NCBI GenBank assembly: GCA_963713825.1
Contig: CAVQNG010000025.1
Coordinates: 32,001-96,000, forward strand
From: an uncultured Acidobacteriota bacterium
GTDB taxonomy: Bacteria; Acidobacteriota; Thermoanaerobaculia; Multivoradales; JAHEKO01
DNA length: 64,000 nucleotides
Reading direction: 5' to 3'
Shown: in pieces, positions 8,943 through 18,641 of the stretch
How positions within the stretch are numbered: position 1 is the stretch's first letter
How the letters are laid out: every line of letters begins with the position of its first letter
Notes under the pieces: model-generated
Told to the model about the DNA's origin: nothing
The model's database searches: none
The model's input: the letters and a program-made list of their open reading frames with translations, nothing else
Made by a program: the position numbers and the translations under genes

Positions 8943-10082
8943 ATGGTAGAAGTCGACAGCTCGAATCTCTCTGGCGACACCCTGTTCGGTGTCGAGGAGA
9001 TGGAGATCAATTTCGGCCCTCAGCATCCGGCCACCCATGGGGTGCTTCGTTTGAAGCTCAAGGTGGACGGCGAGCGGATCGTCGATTGCTATCCGGTCAT
9101 TGGGTATCTGCACCGGGGCACTGAAAAGCTCTTCGAGCTGCACCCCTTCTTTCAGAACGTGCCCCACACGGATCGCCTCGACTACGTGGCTGCGGCGACG
9201 AACAACCTGGCGTATGTCGGCGCGGTCGAGAAACTCCTGGGGTTGGTGGTGCCACCGCGGGCGAGCTACATCCGCACTCTCCTCTCGGAGCTGCAGCGCA
9301 TCTCCAGTCACCTTCTCTGGCTGGCGACCCACGCAATCGACATCGGGGCCATGACGCCCTTCTTCTACACCTTTCGGGAGAGAGAGATCGTTCTCGATCT
9401 CTTCGAGGAGTACTGCGGTGCTCGACTCACTCTCAATTGCATGCGCCCGGGAGGTCAGCCGTACGACCTGCCAGTGGGCTGGGTCGAGCGCTGCGCCGAG
9501 TTCATCGAGGGCTTTCCCGAAAAGGTCGACGAGTACGAAGGCCTGCTGACCGAGAACCGGATCTGGAAGAAGAGGACTGTCGATATCGGCATCCTGACGC
9601 CGGAGGTGGCGTTGGAATATGGCGTCACCGGTCCTATGCTGCGCGGCAGCGGCATCCAGTTGGATGTTCGCAAGGCAATGCCCTACGAAATGTACGACCA
9701 GGTGGATTTCGACGTACCGGTGTTCTACAACTGCGACACCTACGATCGCTACCTGGTTCGCATGGAGGAGATGCGCCAGTCCGTGCGGATCGTTCAACAG
9801 TGTCTCGAGAAGCTGCCCGAGGGGCCGATCATGGGTAAACGGCCCCGTGTTCTGAAAGCTCCCAAGGAAGGCGATGTCTACCACGCCGTAGAAGCTCCGA
9901 AGGGCGAGATCGGCTTCTATCTCGTCGGCAACGGTACCCCGAATCCTCACCGCTGCCGGGTGCGCCCGCCGTCGTTCTACAACATCCAGGTGCTGCCCGA
10001 GATGGTCGTTGGCGGCCTGATCGCGGACCTGATCGCTGTTATCGGTACCACCGACATCGTCCTCGGTGAGGTGGATCGATGA
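8943..10082 (+). CDS. nuoD: NADH-quinone oxidoreductase subunit D
   Basis: NFGPQHPATHGVLRL, GYLHRGTEK, DRLDY, DIVLGEVDR. Confidence 0.96.
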   Translation: MVEVDSSNLSGDTLFGVEEMEINFGPQHPATHGVLRLKLKVDGERIVDCYPVIGYLHRGTEKLFELHPFFQNVPHTDRLDYVAAATNNLAYVGAVEKLLGLVVPPRASYIRTLLSELQRISSHLLWLATHAIDIGAMTPFFYTFREREIVLDLFEEYCGARLTLNCMRPGGQPYDLPVGWVERCAEFIEGFPEKVDEYEGLLTENRIWKKRTVDIGILTPEVALEYGVTGPMLRGSGIQLDVRKAMPYEMYDQVDFDVPVFYNCDTYDRYLVRMEEMRQSVRIVQQCLEKLPEGPIMGKRPRVLKAPKEGDVYHAVEAPKGEIGFYLVGNGTPNPHRCRVRPPSFYNIQVLPEMVVGGLIADLIAVIGTTDIVLGEVDR

Positions 10083-10101
10083 GGACGGGGCGGAGACTCT
10101 G

Positions 10102-11172
10102 ATGGTCGACTTCTTTGGCGAGACCCTGTATGTCTACGCGGTGGTGCCGCTGGTCAAGATCATTGCGGCGATTGCCGTAGTCCTGGGACTGATTGCCTAC
10201 ACGACCCTCGCCGAGCGCAAGATTCTGGGCTTCCTGCAGGTCCGCACCGGCCCGAATCGGGTTGGGCCCTGGGGCCTGATTCAACCGATCGCCGACGTCG
10301 CCAAGCTCCTGGGCAAGGAGGACGTGATCCCCAATCGAGCCATCACATGGGCCTATGTTCTGGCTCCGTGTCTGGTCGTCGGACCCGCTCTGATCATTCT
10401 GTCGGTGATTCCCTTCGGACCGCCTTCGAGCGAGGGCGCGGCGTCCAGTTGGTTCATCACCGATGTCAATGTGGGTCTCCTCCTGGTTGTGGCAATTGCC
10501 TCTATCGGAGTGTACGGGCTGCTGCTCGGAGGGTGGGCCTCCAACAACAAGTTCTCCATGTTGGGCGGGCTGCGATCCGCTGCTCAGATGATCTCGTACG
10601 AGGTCCCCCAGGGGTTTTCACTGGTCGTTCCGCTGCTGATGGCCGGTACGCTGTCCCTGGTCGGCATCGTCGAGGCGCAGCTGGCTCAGGGTCGCTGGTT
10701 CATCTTCGGGTTCTTTCCCTTCGGATTGCTGGCTTTTTTCATCTACTTCGTGGCCGGGGTTGCCGAGTCCAACCGCAATCCCTTCGATCTTCCGGAGGCG
10801 GAGTCCGAGTTGGTGGCCGGATTTCACACGGAGTACAGCGGTATGCGCTTCGCCCTGTTCTTCCTGGGCGAGTACGCCAACATGATCGTGATCTCTGCGG
10901 TTGCGGTCACCATGTTCCTGGGCGGTTGGCTGCGGCCCTTCCCGAACGTAGAGTGGCTGTCGTTCCTGGATCTGGCGTTTCTGCCGGCAGGACTGGCCGG
11001 GTGTCTGTGGTTTCTGGTCAAGCTGCTCGCTTTCCTGTTCGTCTATATCTGGTTCCGGGGCACATTCCCGCGGTACCGTTTCGATCAACTGATGGATCTG
11101 GGCTGGAAGTGGTTGCTACCCGCCGCGCTGATTGCTGTGGCAGCGACCGGTCTCTGGAAGATTCTCATCTAG
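10102..11172 (+). CDS. nuoH: NADH-quinone oxidoreductase subunit H
   Basis: ERKILGFLQVRTGPNRVGPWG, PFDLPEAESELVAGFHTEYSG, PRYRFDQLM. Confidence 0.96.
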   Translation: MVDFFGETLYVYAVVPLVKIIAAIAVVLGLIAYTTLAERKILGFLQVRTGPNRVGPWGLIQPIADVAKLLGKEDVIPNRAITWAYVLAPCLVVGPALIILSVIPFGPPSSEGAASSWFITDVNVGLLLVVAIASIGVYGLLLGGWASNNKFSMLGGLRSAAQMISYEVPQGFSLVVPLLMAGTLSLVGIVEAQLAQGRWFIFGFFPFGLLAFFIYFVAGVAESNRNPFDLPEAESELVAGFHTEYSGMRFALFFLGEYANMIVISAVAVTMFLGGWLRPFPNVEWLSFLDLAFLPAGLAGCLWFLVKLLAFLFVYIWFRGTFPRYRFDQLMDLGWKWLLPAALIAVAATGLWKILI

Positions 11173-11180
11173 GTTTGCGA

Positions 11181-11660
11181 ATGAGCTGGGCCAAGCACTT
11201 CCTGGACAAAATCATGCTGCTCGACCTGTTTGCGGGTCTGGGCATCACGTTTCGGCACCTCCTCAAGAAGAAGGTGACGGTGCAGTACCCGGAAGAGCGG
11301 ATGGAGCCGGCGCATCGCTTCCGCGGCATGTTTCGGCTCGACGAAGAGCGCTGCATCAAATGCACCCTCTGTGCCCGGGATTGCCCCATCGACATCATCT
11401 ATATCGATTGGCACCAAGAGGTGAACCCGGAGACCGAGAAGAAGGAAAAGCTGCTGGATCGATTCGACATCGACATCCAGCGCTGCATGTTCTGTGGCCT
11501 GTGCGAAGAGGCCTGCCCGACCAATCCGAAGTCGATCTGGCTGACCAGCAAGACCTACGAATTGGCGACCTACGAGAGGTGGCAGAATCTCTACGTCGAC
11601 AAACGGGAGCTGGAGGACTGGAGAGTCCGTCCGGCCTACACGGATGAAGAGATCGTCTGA
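11181..11660 (+). CDS. nuoI: NADH-quinone oxidoreductase subunit I
   Basis: TVQYPEE, RFRG, two CxxCxxCxxxCP motifs. Confidence 0.93.
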   Translation: MSWAKHFLDKIMLLDLFAGLGITFRHLLKKKVTVQYPEERMEPAHRFRGMFRLDEERCIKCTLCARDCPIDIIYIDWHQEVNPETEKKEKLLDRFDIDIQRCMFCGLCEEACPTNPKSIWLTSKTYELATYERWQNLYVDKRELEDWRVRPAYTDEEIV

Positions 11661-11680
11661 TCGAGAGATGAGCGTCTGAT

Positions 11681-12214
11681 ATGGAATTCCTGCTCGTCAA
11701 TGGCCCTGCGCTGCTGTTCTACCTCTTCGCTGCGCTGGCGGTGCTGGGAGCGATTCTGGTGGTCAGCCTACGCAACCCGATGTACTCGGCGTTTGCGCTG
11801 CTGGTGTCGTTTCTAGCGGTGGCGGCGCTGTTCTTCTTGCGTCATGCCGAGTTTCTGGCAGTGGTTCAGATCTTCGTCTATGGCGGCGGCATCATGGTGC
11901 TGTTTCTCTTTGTCATCATGCTGGTCAACCTACACCGACTCCAGGAGGTGAGGCTCTATGGGATGCAGTGGCCGGCCGCGCTGCTGCTTGCCGTGGCGAT
12001 GATCGCCCTGGTGAGTTGGGTCGTTTCCAGGGTTCGGTTCTCGCCCGCCAACCTCACACCCGCCGCTCTGGTCAGTGTCGAGGGTGAAGTGGTGGGCAAT
12101 GTTCAGGCCGTTGCTTGGCAGCTGTACCAACAGTACTTGTTGCCATTCGAAGTTGCTTCACTCTTCCTGCTGGTAGCAATGATCGGTGCCGTCGTTCTGG
12201 CCCGCAAGGAGTAG
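11681..12214 (+). CDS. nuoJ: NADH-quinone oxidoreductase subunit J
   Basis: AEFLAVVQIFVYGGGIMVLFLFVIML, LPFEVAS. Confidence 0.93.
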   Translation: MEFLLVNGPALLFYLFAALAVLGAILVVSLRNPMYSAFALLVSFLAVAALFFLRHAEFLAVVQIFVYGGGIMVLFLFVIMLVNLHRLQEVRLYGMQWPAALLLAVAMIALVSWVVSRVRFSPANLTPAALVSVEGEVVGNVQAVAWQLYQQYLLPFEVASLFLLVAMIGAVVLARKE

Positions 12215-12264
12215 CCGGATGGGGGACAGAGTACCCTCCAGTTCGATGAAGCTGCGAGAAGAGA

Positions 12265-12579
12265 ATGCCAATGTTTGAGGTCACTACCAACCACTATCTG
12301 GTGTTGAGTGCCATGCTGTTCGTGATTGGCATCGTCGGGATCTTGACACGGCGCAACATGATCGTCGTCCTGATGTCGATCGAGCTGGTGTTGAACTCGG
12401 TGAATCTCAATCTGGTGGCATTCTCCTTTCAATACTCGGACCTTACAGGCCAGATCCTCGGCGTCTTCGTGATTGCGGTGGCTGCTGGGGAGGCCGCCGT
12501 CGGCCTGGCCATTCTCGTCGCGTTGTATCGCCTACGAGGCACCACCGAGCTCGATCATGCTTCGGAGCTCAAGGGGTAG
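12265..12579 (+). CDS. nuoK: NADH-quinone oxidoreductase subunit K
   Basis: RRNMIVVLMSIELVLNSVN, AAGEAAVGLA. Confidence 0.95.
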   Translation: MPMFEVTTNHYLVLSAMLFVIGIVGILTRRNMIVVLMSIELVLNSVNLNLVAFSFQYSDLTGQILGVFVIAVAAGEAAVGLAILVALYRLRGTTELDHASELKG

Positions 12580-12585
12580 CGGACG

Positions 12586-14658
12586 ATGCAGGCGCTCTGG
12601 CTGATTCCGCTCTTGCCCTTCTTGGGGGCCTTTCTCAATGGTGTGGTCCTCAAGGACAGGGCTTCCAAGCCGCTGGTGACAAGCATCGCGGTCGGCAGTG
12701 TCGGGCTGACGACCGTTCTTGCACTGTTCTATGTGATCCCAAGCTACCTCCGGAGCGCCGAGTATGCCGCCGGACATGGCTTCGAGCAGGTGCTTTGGGT
12801 CTGGCTACCAGCCGGAATCCTCAAGCTCACAAGCGGCGTGTTTGCGGAGCTCACCATCGACTTCGCCTTCCTTCTGGATCCGCTTTCCGCAGTCATGCTG
12901 TTCGTGGTTACCTTCGTGGGCTTCTGGATTCATGTCTACTCGATCGGGTACATGGGACACGAGGAGGGGTATCAGAGGTATTTCAGCTATCTGAACCTCT
13001 TCATGGGGGCAATGCTGCTGCTGGTGATGGGCAACAACTTCCTGGTCATGTTCATTGGCTGGGAAGGCGTCGGTCTCTGTTCCTATTTGCTCATCGGCTT
13101 CTATTATCGGCAGGACTTTCCTCCTTACGCTGGGCGTAAGGCCTTTATTGTCAATCGGATAGGTGACGCTGGTTTTCTCATGGCACTGTTTGCCCTGGCG
13201 TCGACCTTCGGCAGCTTGCGCTACACCGAGATCTTCTCCCAGGCGGCCCACGATCCCTCCCTTCTCGAGTCGCCGTTTGTCATGGGATTGACGCTGGCGA
13301 GCTTCGTCGCCCTCTTCCTCTTTGTCGGAGCGACGGGTAAGAGCGCGCAGATCCCGCTCTATGTCTGGTTGCCCGATGCGATGGCGGGCCCGACGCCGGT
13401 CTCGGCCCTGATCCACGCCGCCACGATGGTGACGGCAGGCGTCTACATGGTCGCCAGGGCCAATCTCGTTTATCAGCTGGCCCCAGGCATCTCTGGAATC
13501 GTGGCTGGGGTGGGCTGCTTGACGGCCGTCTTCGCTGCCACGATCGCGTTGGCTCAAACCGACATCAAGAAGGTTCTGGCCTATTCCACGGTTTCACAGT
13601 TGGGCTACATGTTCCTGGCTGCAGGTGTAGGGGCTTATTCGGTGGCGGTGTTCCACCTCATGACCCACGCTTTCTTCAAGGGTCTGCTCTTCCTGGGATC
13701 CGGCTCGGTGATCCACGCTGTCGGTGGGGAGCAGGACATGCGTCGCATGGGTGGACTGCGGCAGAAGCTGCCCGTGACCTATTGGACGTTTGTTGTCGGC
13801 ACAATGGCGATCGCCGGAGTGCCTTTGCTAGCCGGATTCTTCAGCAAGGACCAGATCCTGGCGGCAGCGTTCGAGGGCCACAAGATTCTATGGGGCGTTG
13901 GTTTGGCTACGGCCGGGCTGACGGCCTTCTATATGTTTCGCCTCCTGTATATGACCTTTCATGGTGAGTTCAGAGGCACGCAAGAGGAGTGGGACCACGT
14001 TCACGAGTCGCCACCCGTGATGACGATTCCGTTGACGGTGCTGGCGATTGGCGCTGTGGTCTCGGGCTGGGTCGGCATTCCCCGTCTAGGGGAGTTGGAT
14101 TGGAACTGGTTCGGTCACTTCCTGGAGCCAGTGGTCCATGCCGTGGGTGGGCATGGCGAGGCACATCACGCCAGCCTGGGCCTCGAGCTCTTCCTGATGG
14201 CACTTTCGGTGGCGGTCGCGGGCGTTGGCATTTTCGTCGCCTGGCGCACCTACGGTGGCTCCATAGGGTTGGCGGGAGGGGCGTGGTGGGCAGAACGATT
14301 CCCCGCCCTGCATCGCCTGCTGCTCAACAAGTACTACGTCGACGAGTTCTACGATCGAACGGTGGTGCGAGGCACGTGGACTACGGCTCGAAACCTGTTT
14401 CGGTTCGATGCCGGATTCATCGATGGCTTTCTGGTCAACGGCTCGCGCCACGTGACCGTTGCCGCTGCCTACTTGTCGGGCTTTTTCGACAAGTACGTCG
14501 TCGATGGGTTGGTGAACTTCACAGGTTGGTTCTTGCAGCTCAGCTCTAGAGTCTTTCGTCGTTTGCAGACCGGAGTGGTCTCCCAATACGCCATGGTGAT
14601 TGCGGTGGGAATGTTCGTTCTGGTCTTCTTCTATGTCGTGGTGGCGCTGCAGAGCTAG
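12586..14658 (+). CDS. nuoL: NADH-quinone oxidoreductase subunit L
   Basis: GWEGVGLCSYLLIGF, GKSAQIPL, WLPDAMAGPTPVSALIHAATMV, HAFFK. Confidence 0.96.
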   Translation: MQALWLIPLLPFLGAFLNGVVLKDRASKPLVTSIAVGSVGLTTVLALFYVIPSYLRSAEYAAGHGFEQVLWVWLPAGILKLTSGVFAELTIDFAFLLDPLSAVMLFVVTFVGFWIHVYSIGYMGHEEGYQRYFSYLNLFMGAMLLLVMGNNFLVMFIGWEGVGLCSYLLIGFYYRQDFPPYAGRKAFIVNRIGDAGFLMALFALASTFGSLRYTEIFSQAAHDPSLLESPFVMGLTLASFVALFLFVGATGKSAQIPLYVWLPDAMAGPTPVSALIHAATMVTAGVYMVARANLVYQLAPGISGIVAGVGCLTAVFAATIALAQTDIKKVLAYSTVSQLGYMFLAAGVGAYSVAVFHLMTHAFFKGLLFLGSGSVIHAVGGEQDMRRMGGLRQKLPVTYWTFVVGTMAIAGVPLLAGFFSKDQILAAAFEGHKILWGVGLATAGLTAFYMFRLLYMTFHGEFRGTQEEWDHVHESPPVMTIPLTVLAIGAVVSGWVGIPRLGELDWNWFGHFLEPVVHAVGGHGEAHHASLGLELFLMALSVAVAGVGIFVAWRTYGGSIGLAGGAWWAERFPALHRLLLNKYYVDEFYDRTVVRGTWTTARNLFRFDAGFIDGFLVNGSRHVTVAAAYLSGFFDKYVVDGLVNFTGWFLQLSSRVFRRLQTGVVSQYAMVIAVGMFVLVFFYVVVALQS

Positions 14659-14676
14659 GTGAAACGAGGGTAAGTC

Positions 14677-16275
14677 ATGTTCGACTGGGTGCTTCAAGTT
14701 CCGATTCTCAGCATCATCTGCTACCTACCCCTGGCAGGAGCGGTGATCATCATGTTGTTCATGCGAGGCACCAACAATCTCGCGATCCAGCGCTTCGCCA
14801 CCTTGGTGGTCGCCATCGACTTCCTGGTGTCGGTGCCGCTCTGGTTCACCTTCGACCGTCAGGGCGAGCTGTTCCAGTTTCGGGAGAGCGCCAACTGGAT
14901 CGAGGCTGTGGGCGCGCGCTACGAGTTTGGTGTCGACGGCATCGCCGTCTTGTTGGTGCTGTTGACCACTTTCTTGGGTGTTGCCGCATTTCTCTCGTCC
15001 TGGAGCGCGATCCAGGTGAGGGAAAAGGAGTACTACATCTTCATGCTGCTCCTGCAGACCGGCATGCTGGGCGTCTTCATGGCCATGGACTTCTTTCTGT
15101 TTTATGTCTTCTGGGAAGTCATGTTGGTGCCGATGTACTTCCTGATCGGAATCTGGGGTGGCCCACGGAGACTCTACGCGGCCATCAAGTTCTTCCTTTA
15201 CACGTTGGTCGGTTCGGTGCTCATGCTGCTCGGTATCCTGGCGTTGTACTTCTACAACAGCACCGGCCTGCTGGGCTGGGGAGGCCTGGGTAATGCCCGC
15301 AGCTTCTTCATTCCCCAGTTCCACGAGATCTCGGCGCAGATTCCGCCCGATCTCCAGTTCTGGATCTTCCTCGTGTTCTTTGTCGGCTTCGCCATCAAGG
15401 TGCCGATGTTCCCATTCCATACGTGGCTGCCCGACGCTCACGTCGAAGCTCCGACGGCCGGCTCGGTCATTCTGGCTGGCGTCTTGTTGAAAATGGGGAC
15501 CTACGGCTTTGTTCGTTTCTCTCTGCCGATCCTGCCGGACGCAACCATGAAATTGCTGCCTTGGATGGCGGGGTTGTCCATCGTTGGGATCTTGTACGGT
15601 GCCCTTGTCGCCATGGCTCAGAAGGACATGAAGAAACTAGTGGCCTACTCCTCGGTGAGTCATTTGGGCTTCGTGATGCTGGGGATCTTCGCTCTCAATA
15701 CGGCGGGCCTCAATGGTGGCGTGCTGCAGATGATCAACCACGGGCTGTCCACGGGCGCACTCTTCCTCCTGGTCGGGATCATCTACGAGAGACGGCATAC
15801 GCGAATGATCGCGGACTATGGCGGGATCTCTTCCGAGATGCCAGTTTTTGCGACGATCTTCATGGTCATCACGCTGTCCTCCATCGGTCTGCCGACGCTC
15901 AACGGCTTCATCGGCGAGTTCACCATTCTGGTCGGTGCCTTCAATCGGACTTGGTGGTGGGCCTTGTTGGCCGTCCTGGGAATCGTGCTGGGAGCTGCAT
16001 ACATGCTGTGGATGTACCAGCGGGTCTTCTTCGGACCGCTCAAGAACCCCGAGAACAAGGGGCTCGCCGATCTCAACGGTCGAGAGCTCGCCTACTTGCT
16101 GCCGATCGTCGTGATGTGCTTCTGGATCGGTCTGTACCCGAAGCCTTTCTTCGAGATCATGGAGAAACCTGTCGAGTACATCGTGCAGAAGGTCGATCCC
16201 GAATACGCCGCGATGGTGGCGAGCGACGGTGCGTCATCCGTCGACGTGGATTTGGTAGCCGAGGTCGAGGACTAA
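14677..16275 (+). CDS. nuoM: NADH-quinone oxidoreductase subunit M
   Basis: FYVFWEVML, KVPMFPFHTWLPDAHVEAPT, AYSSVSH. Confidence 0.96.
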   Translation: MFDWVLQVPILSIICYLPLAGAVIIMLFMRGTNNLAIQRFATLVVAIDFLVSVPLWFTFDRQGELFQFRESANWIEAVGARYEFGVDGIAVLLVLLTTFLGVAAFLSSWSAIQVREKEYYIFMLLLQTGMLGVFMAMDFFLFYVFWEVMLVPMYFLIGIWGGPRRLYAAIKFFLYTLVGSVLMLLGILALYFYNSTGLLGWGGLGNARSFFIPQFHEISAQIPPDLQFWIFLVFFVGFAIKVPMFPFHTWLPDAHVEAPTAGSVILAGVLLKMGTYGFVRFSLPILPDATMKLLPWMAGLSIVGILYGALVAMAQKDMKKLVAYSSVSHLGFVMLGIFALNTAGLNGGVLQMINHGLSTGALFLLVGIIYERRHTRMIADYGGISSEMPVFATIFMVITLSSIGLPTLNGFIGEFTILVGAFNRTWWWALLAVLGIVLGAAYMLWMYQRVFFGPLKNPENKGLADLNGRELAYLLPIVVMCFWIGLYPKPFFEIMEKPVEYIVQKVDPEYAAMVASDGASSVDVDLVAEVED

Positions 16276-16279
16276 CTCG

Positions 16280-17752
16280 ATGACGGCCATAGCACCCCAG
16301 GAGTTCTGGCTGCTTCTACCAGAGATTGTGTTGGCAATCTTCGGCATGGCCTTGTTGATTGCCGGAACCGTGGGTCGTGGAATCAGCAGTCGGATGGCCG
16401 CCATGGGCTCGCTAGTCGGCCTGGGTGCGGCAACGATCCTAGTGGTCTGGACGCAGGGACAGGCGACGATGGGAGCCCCAATCCTGGCTGGCATGTTCGT
16501 GCTGGATAGCTACGCTCTCTACTGGAAAATTCTCTTTCTGATCGCCACCGCGCTGACGGTGTTCCTGTCCGTCAAGTTCATCGAGGAGGGCGGCTATCGG
16601 GCCGGCGAGTACTACTCGCTCCTGCTGCTTGCCACGACCGGAATGATGCTGATGGTCAGTGGCTTCAACCTCTTGTCGATCTGGATCTCACTCGAGTTGA
16701 TGGCACTATCGAGCTACATTCTGGCCGGGTACTTCAAGTACGAGCGGCGCTCGAACGAGGCGTCTCTCAAATATTTCGTCCTGGGAGCGCTGTCGAGCGG
16801 CATCTTGCTCTACGGAATCTCGCTCCTCTACGGAGCGACCAATACCCTGGCTCTCCCGGAGCTCTCGAGGAGCCTGTCAACAGCCGTTCTGAACGGCGAT
16901 CTTCTGTCGGCGGTGGGTTGGGTCCTTCTAGCGGTCGGCTTGTTCTTCAAGGTCTCGGCGGCGCCGTTCCATGTCTGGACGCCAGACGTCTACGTTGGCG
17001 CGCCCACACCGGTTACCGGCTATCTGGCTGTGGCCTCCAAGGCCGCATCGTTCGCCATTCTGGTGCGAATCTTCTATCAGGGTTTAGCACCGTTGGTCAT
17101 CGACTGGCAGATCGTCGTCGCGGCGGTAGCGACCTTGTCGATGATCTGGGGCAATATCGCGGCCCTGACCCAGACGAACGTCAAGCGAATGCTGGCCTAC
17201 AGCTCCATTGCCCACGCTGGCTACATCTTGATCGGAGTTTTGGCGGCGAGCGAGACCGGACTCTGGGCACTGATGTTCTACATTCTGGCCTACAGTTTCT
17301 TCACACTGGGCGCCTTTGGCACGGTGGTTCTCTTGGAACGACGCGAATACGCCGGCGAAACGTTGTCCGACTATGCCGGTTTGGCCCGTCGGGCTCCTTT
17401 TTTGGCAGCCTGCATGCTGATCTTCCTGCTCGCCTTGACGGGCCTACCTCCCACCGGAGGGTTTTTCGGCAAATTCTATCTCTTCGCCGCGGCCGTCGAA
17501 GCTGGGTGGACGTGGGTGGCCCTGATCGGAGTCCTGACCAGTGCCATTTCGCTTTACTACTACATGGCTGTGGTGGTTCAGATGTACTTCAAGGACGCCG
17601 AAGAGACCTCGCCGATTCCCCTGCGCGCTCCCGGTTTGGTGGTGGCGATCGGCTTCTGTGCCGTGGTGACGGTGATCCTCGGCCTTCTGCCAGGCATCTT
17701 CGTCGATCTGGCGAAGTCGAGCATCCTGCCGCTGGCCTGGAATCTGCTCTGA
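16280..17752 (+). CDS. nuoN: NADH-quinone oxidoreductase subunit N
   Basis: EASLKYF, FKVSAAPFHVWTPDVY, KRMLAYSSIAHAG. Confidence 0.95.
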   Translation: MTAIAPQEFWLLLPEIVLAIFGMALLIAGTVGRGISSRMAAMGSLVGLGAATILVVWTQGQATMGAPILAGMFVLDSYALYWKILFLIATALTVFLSVKFIEEGGYRAGEYYSLLLLATTGMMLMVSGFNLLSIWISLELMALSSYILAGYFKYERRSNEASLKYFVLGALSSGILLYGISLLYGATNTLALPELSRSLSTAVLNGDLLSAVGWVLLAVGLFFKVSAAPFHVWTPDVYVGAPTPVTGYLAVASKAASFAILVRIFYQGLAPLVIDWQIVVAAVATLSMIWGNIAALTQTNVKRMLAYSSIAHAGYILIGVLAASETGLWALMFYILAYSFFTLGAFGTVVLLERREYAGETLSDYAGLARRAPFLAACMLIFLLALTGLPPTGGFFGKFYLFAAAVEAGWTWVALIGVLTSAISLYYYMAVVVQMYFKDAEETSPIPLRAPGLVVAIGFCAVVTVILGLLPGIFVDLAKSSILPLAWNLL

Positions 17753-17844
17753 CAACACCCCTCTGAGAGTCCGAAGATAGGTCGGCCGATCTGGGTCGGT
17801 CGGTTTGCGGCGGATTTGCGCCTCTTGGGTTTCGGGCTAAACTA

Positions 17845-17861
17845 CTGGCACGGTCCATGCG
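17845..17861 (+). promoter_or_regulatory. Putative sigma54 (-24/-12) promoter of the ECF sigma gene
   Basis: CTGGCACGGTCCATGCG with exact GG-N10-GC spacing, about 40 nt before ATG 17903. Confidence 0.55.
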
Positions 17862-17902
17862 TAGATCAGGGGTGGACAGTTTCGAGTCTGTGAGAGACAG
17901 AG

Positions 17903-18538
17903 ATGTCGGCTGAGAGCACGAGTCAACAGCGAGGCTGGAATTTCGAGGCAGCGGCGATGCCCTTCGTCGATGCTCTCTACAACACCGCCTATCGGATGAC
18001 TCGCAACGCCCAAGATGCCGAGGACCTGGTCCAAGAGACGTACCTCAAGGCCTATCGCTACTACGACAAGTTCGAGGAAGGCACCAATTTCAAGGCGTGG
18101 TTGTTCAAGATTCTGAAGAACACCTTCATCAACAACTATCGCAAGAAGCAGAAAACCCCGCCGCAGAGTGATTTCGCGGAGATCGAGGATGCCTTCGAGA
18201 GCCGGCTGAGCTCGGATGTCGCGGGTCAGATGAAGAGTCCCGAGGAGGAGATTCTCGAGGACGTTCTGGACGAGGATGTCCAGCGGGCACTGGACGATTT
18301 GCCACCCGACTACCGAATGGCGGTACTCCTCGCCGATCTCGAGGGTTTTTCCTACAAGGAGATCGCCGACATTCTGGAATTGCCGCTTGGTACGGTCATG
18401 AGCCGGCTGTATCGGGGGCGCAAGCTTCTGGAGTCGGCGATGCTCACCTATGCCAAGGAGCACGGCTATCTGAGATCCGGTGAGCCCTCCAAGATGCGTA
18501 GCAGCGAATTGAGTGAAGGCTCGAAGGAGCAGAAGTGA
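17903..18538 (+). CDS. ECF sigma factor, SigR/SigH-like
   Basis: RMTRNAQDAEDLVQETYLKAY, GTNFKAWLFKILKNTFINNYRK, YKEIADIL..PLGTVMSRLYRGR. Confidence 0.92.
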   Translation: MSAESTSQQRGWNFEAAAMPFVDALYNTAYRMTRNAQDAEDLVQETYLKAYRYYDKFEEGTNFKAWLFKILKNTFINNYRKKQKTPPQSDFAEIEDAFESRLSSDVAGQMKSPEEEILEDVLDEDVQRALDDLPPDYRMAVLLADLEGFSYKEIADILELPLGTVMSRLYRGRKLLESAMLTYAKEHGYLRSGEPSKMRSSELSEGSKEQK

Positions 18539-18549
18539 GCCATCCTCGA

Positions 18550-18575
18550 GGAATATCGCCGGCAGGAGGACAGTT
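18550..18575 (+). promoter_or_regulatory. SigR/SigH-type ECF promoter upstream of the anti-sigma gene
   Basis: GGAAT-ATCGCCGGCAGGAGGACA(18 nt)-GTT, an exact match to GGAAT-N18-GTT. Confidence 0.6.
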
Positions 18576-18641
18576 AGAGAGAGAGAGGCCTGTCAGAGGC
18601 GGCTTGCGGGTTGGTTGTGTGCAGGACCTCGAGGTGCGGAG

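Noticed and set aside
8277-9950. Long antisense ORFs (also 40852-42294, 59236-60372, 975-1889 and others)
   Set aside because: These are shadow ORFs opposite well-conserved genes, expected from high-GC codon bias, and show no recognisable motifs
14330-14520. Duplicated FD..(F/V)(I/V)DG(F)LVN segment in the NuoL C-terminus
   Set aside because: This is a short internal repeat in the lateral helix region, and NuoL length variation is common; there is no second NuoM to suggest an extended membrane arm
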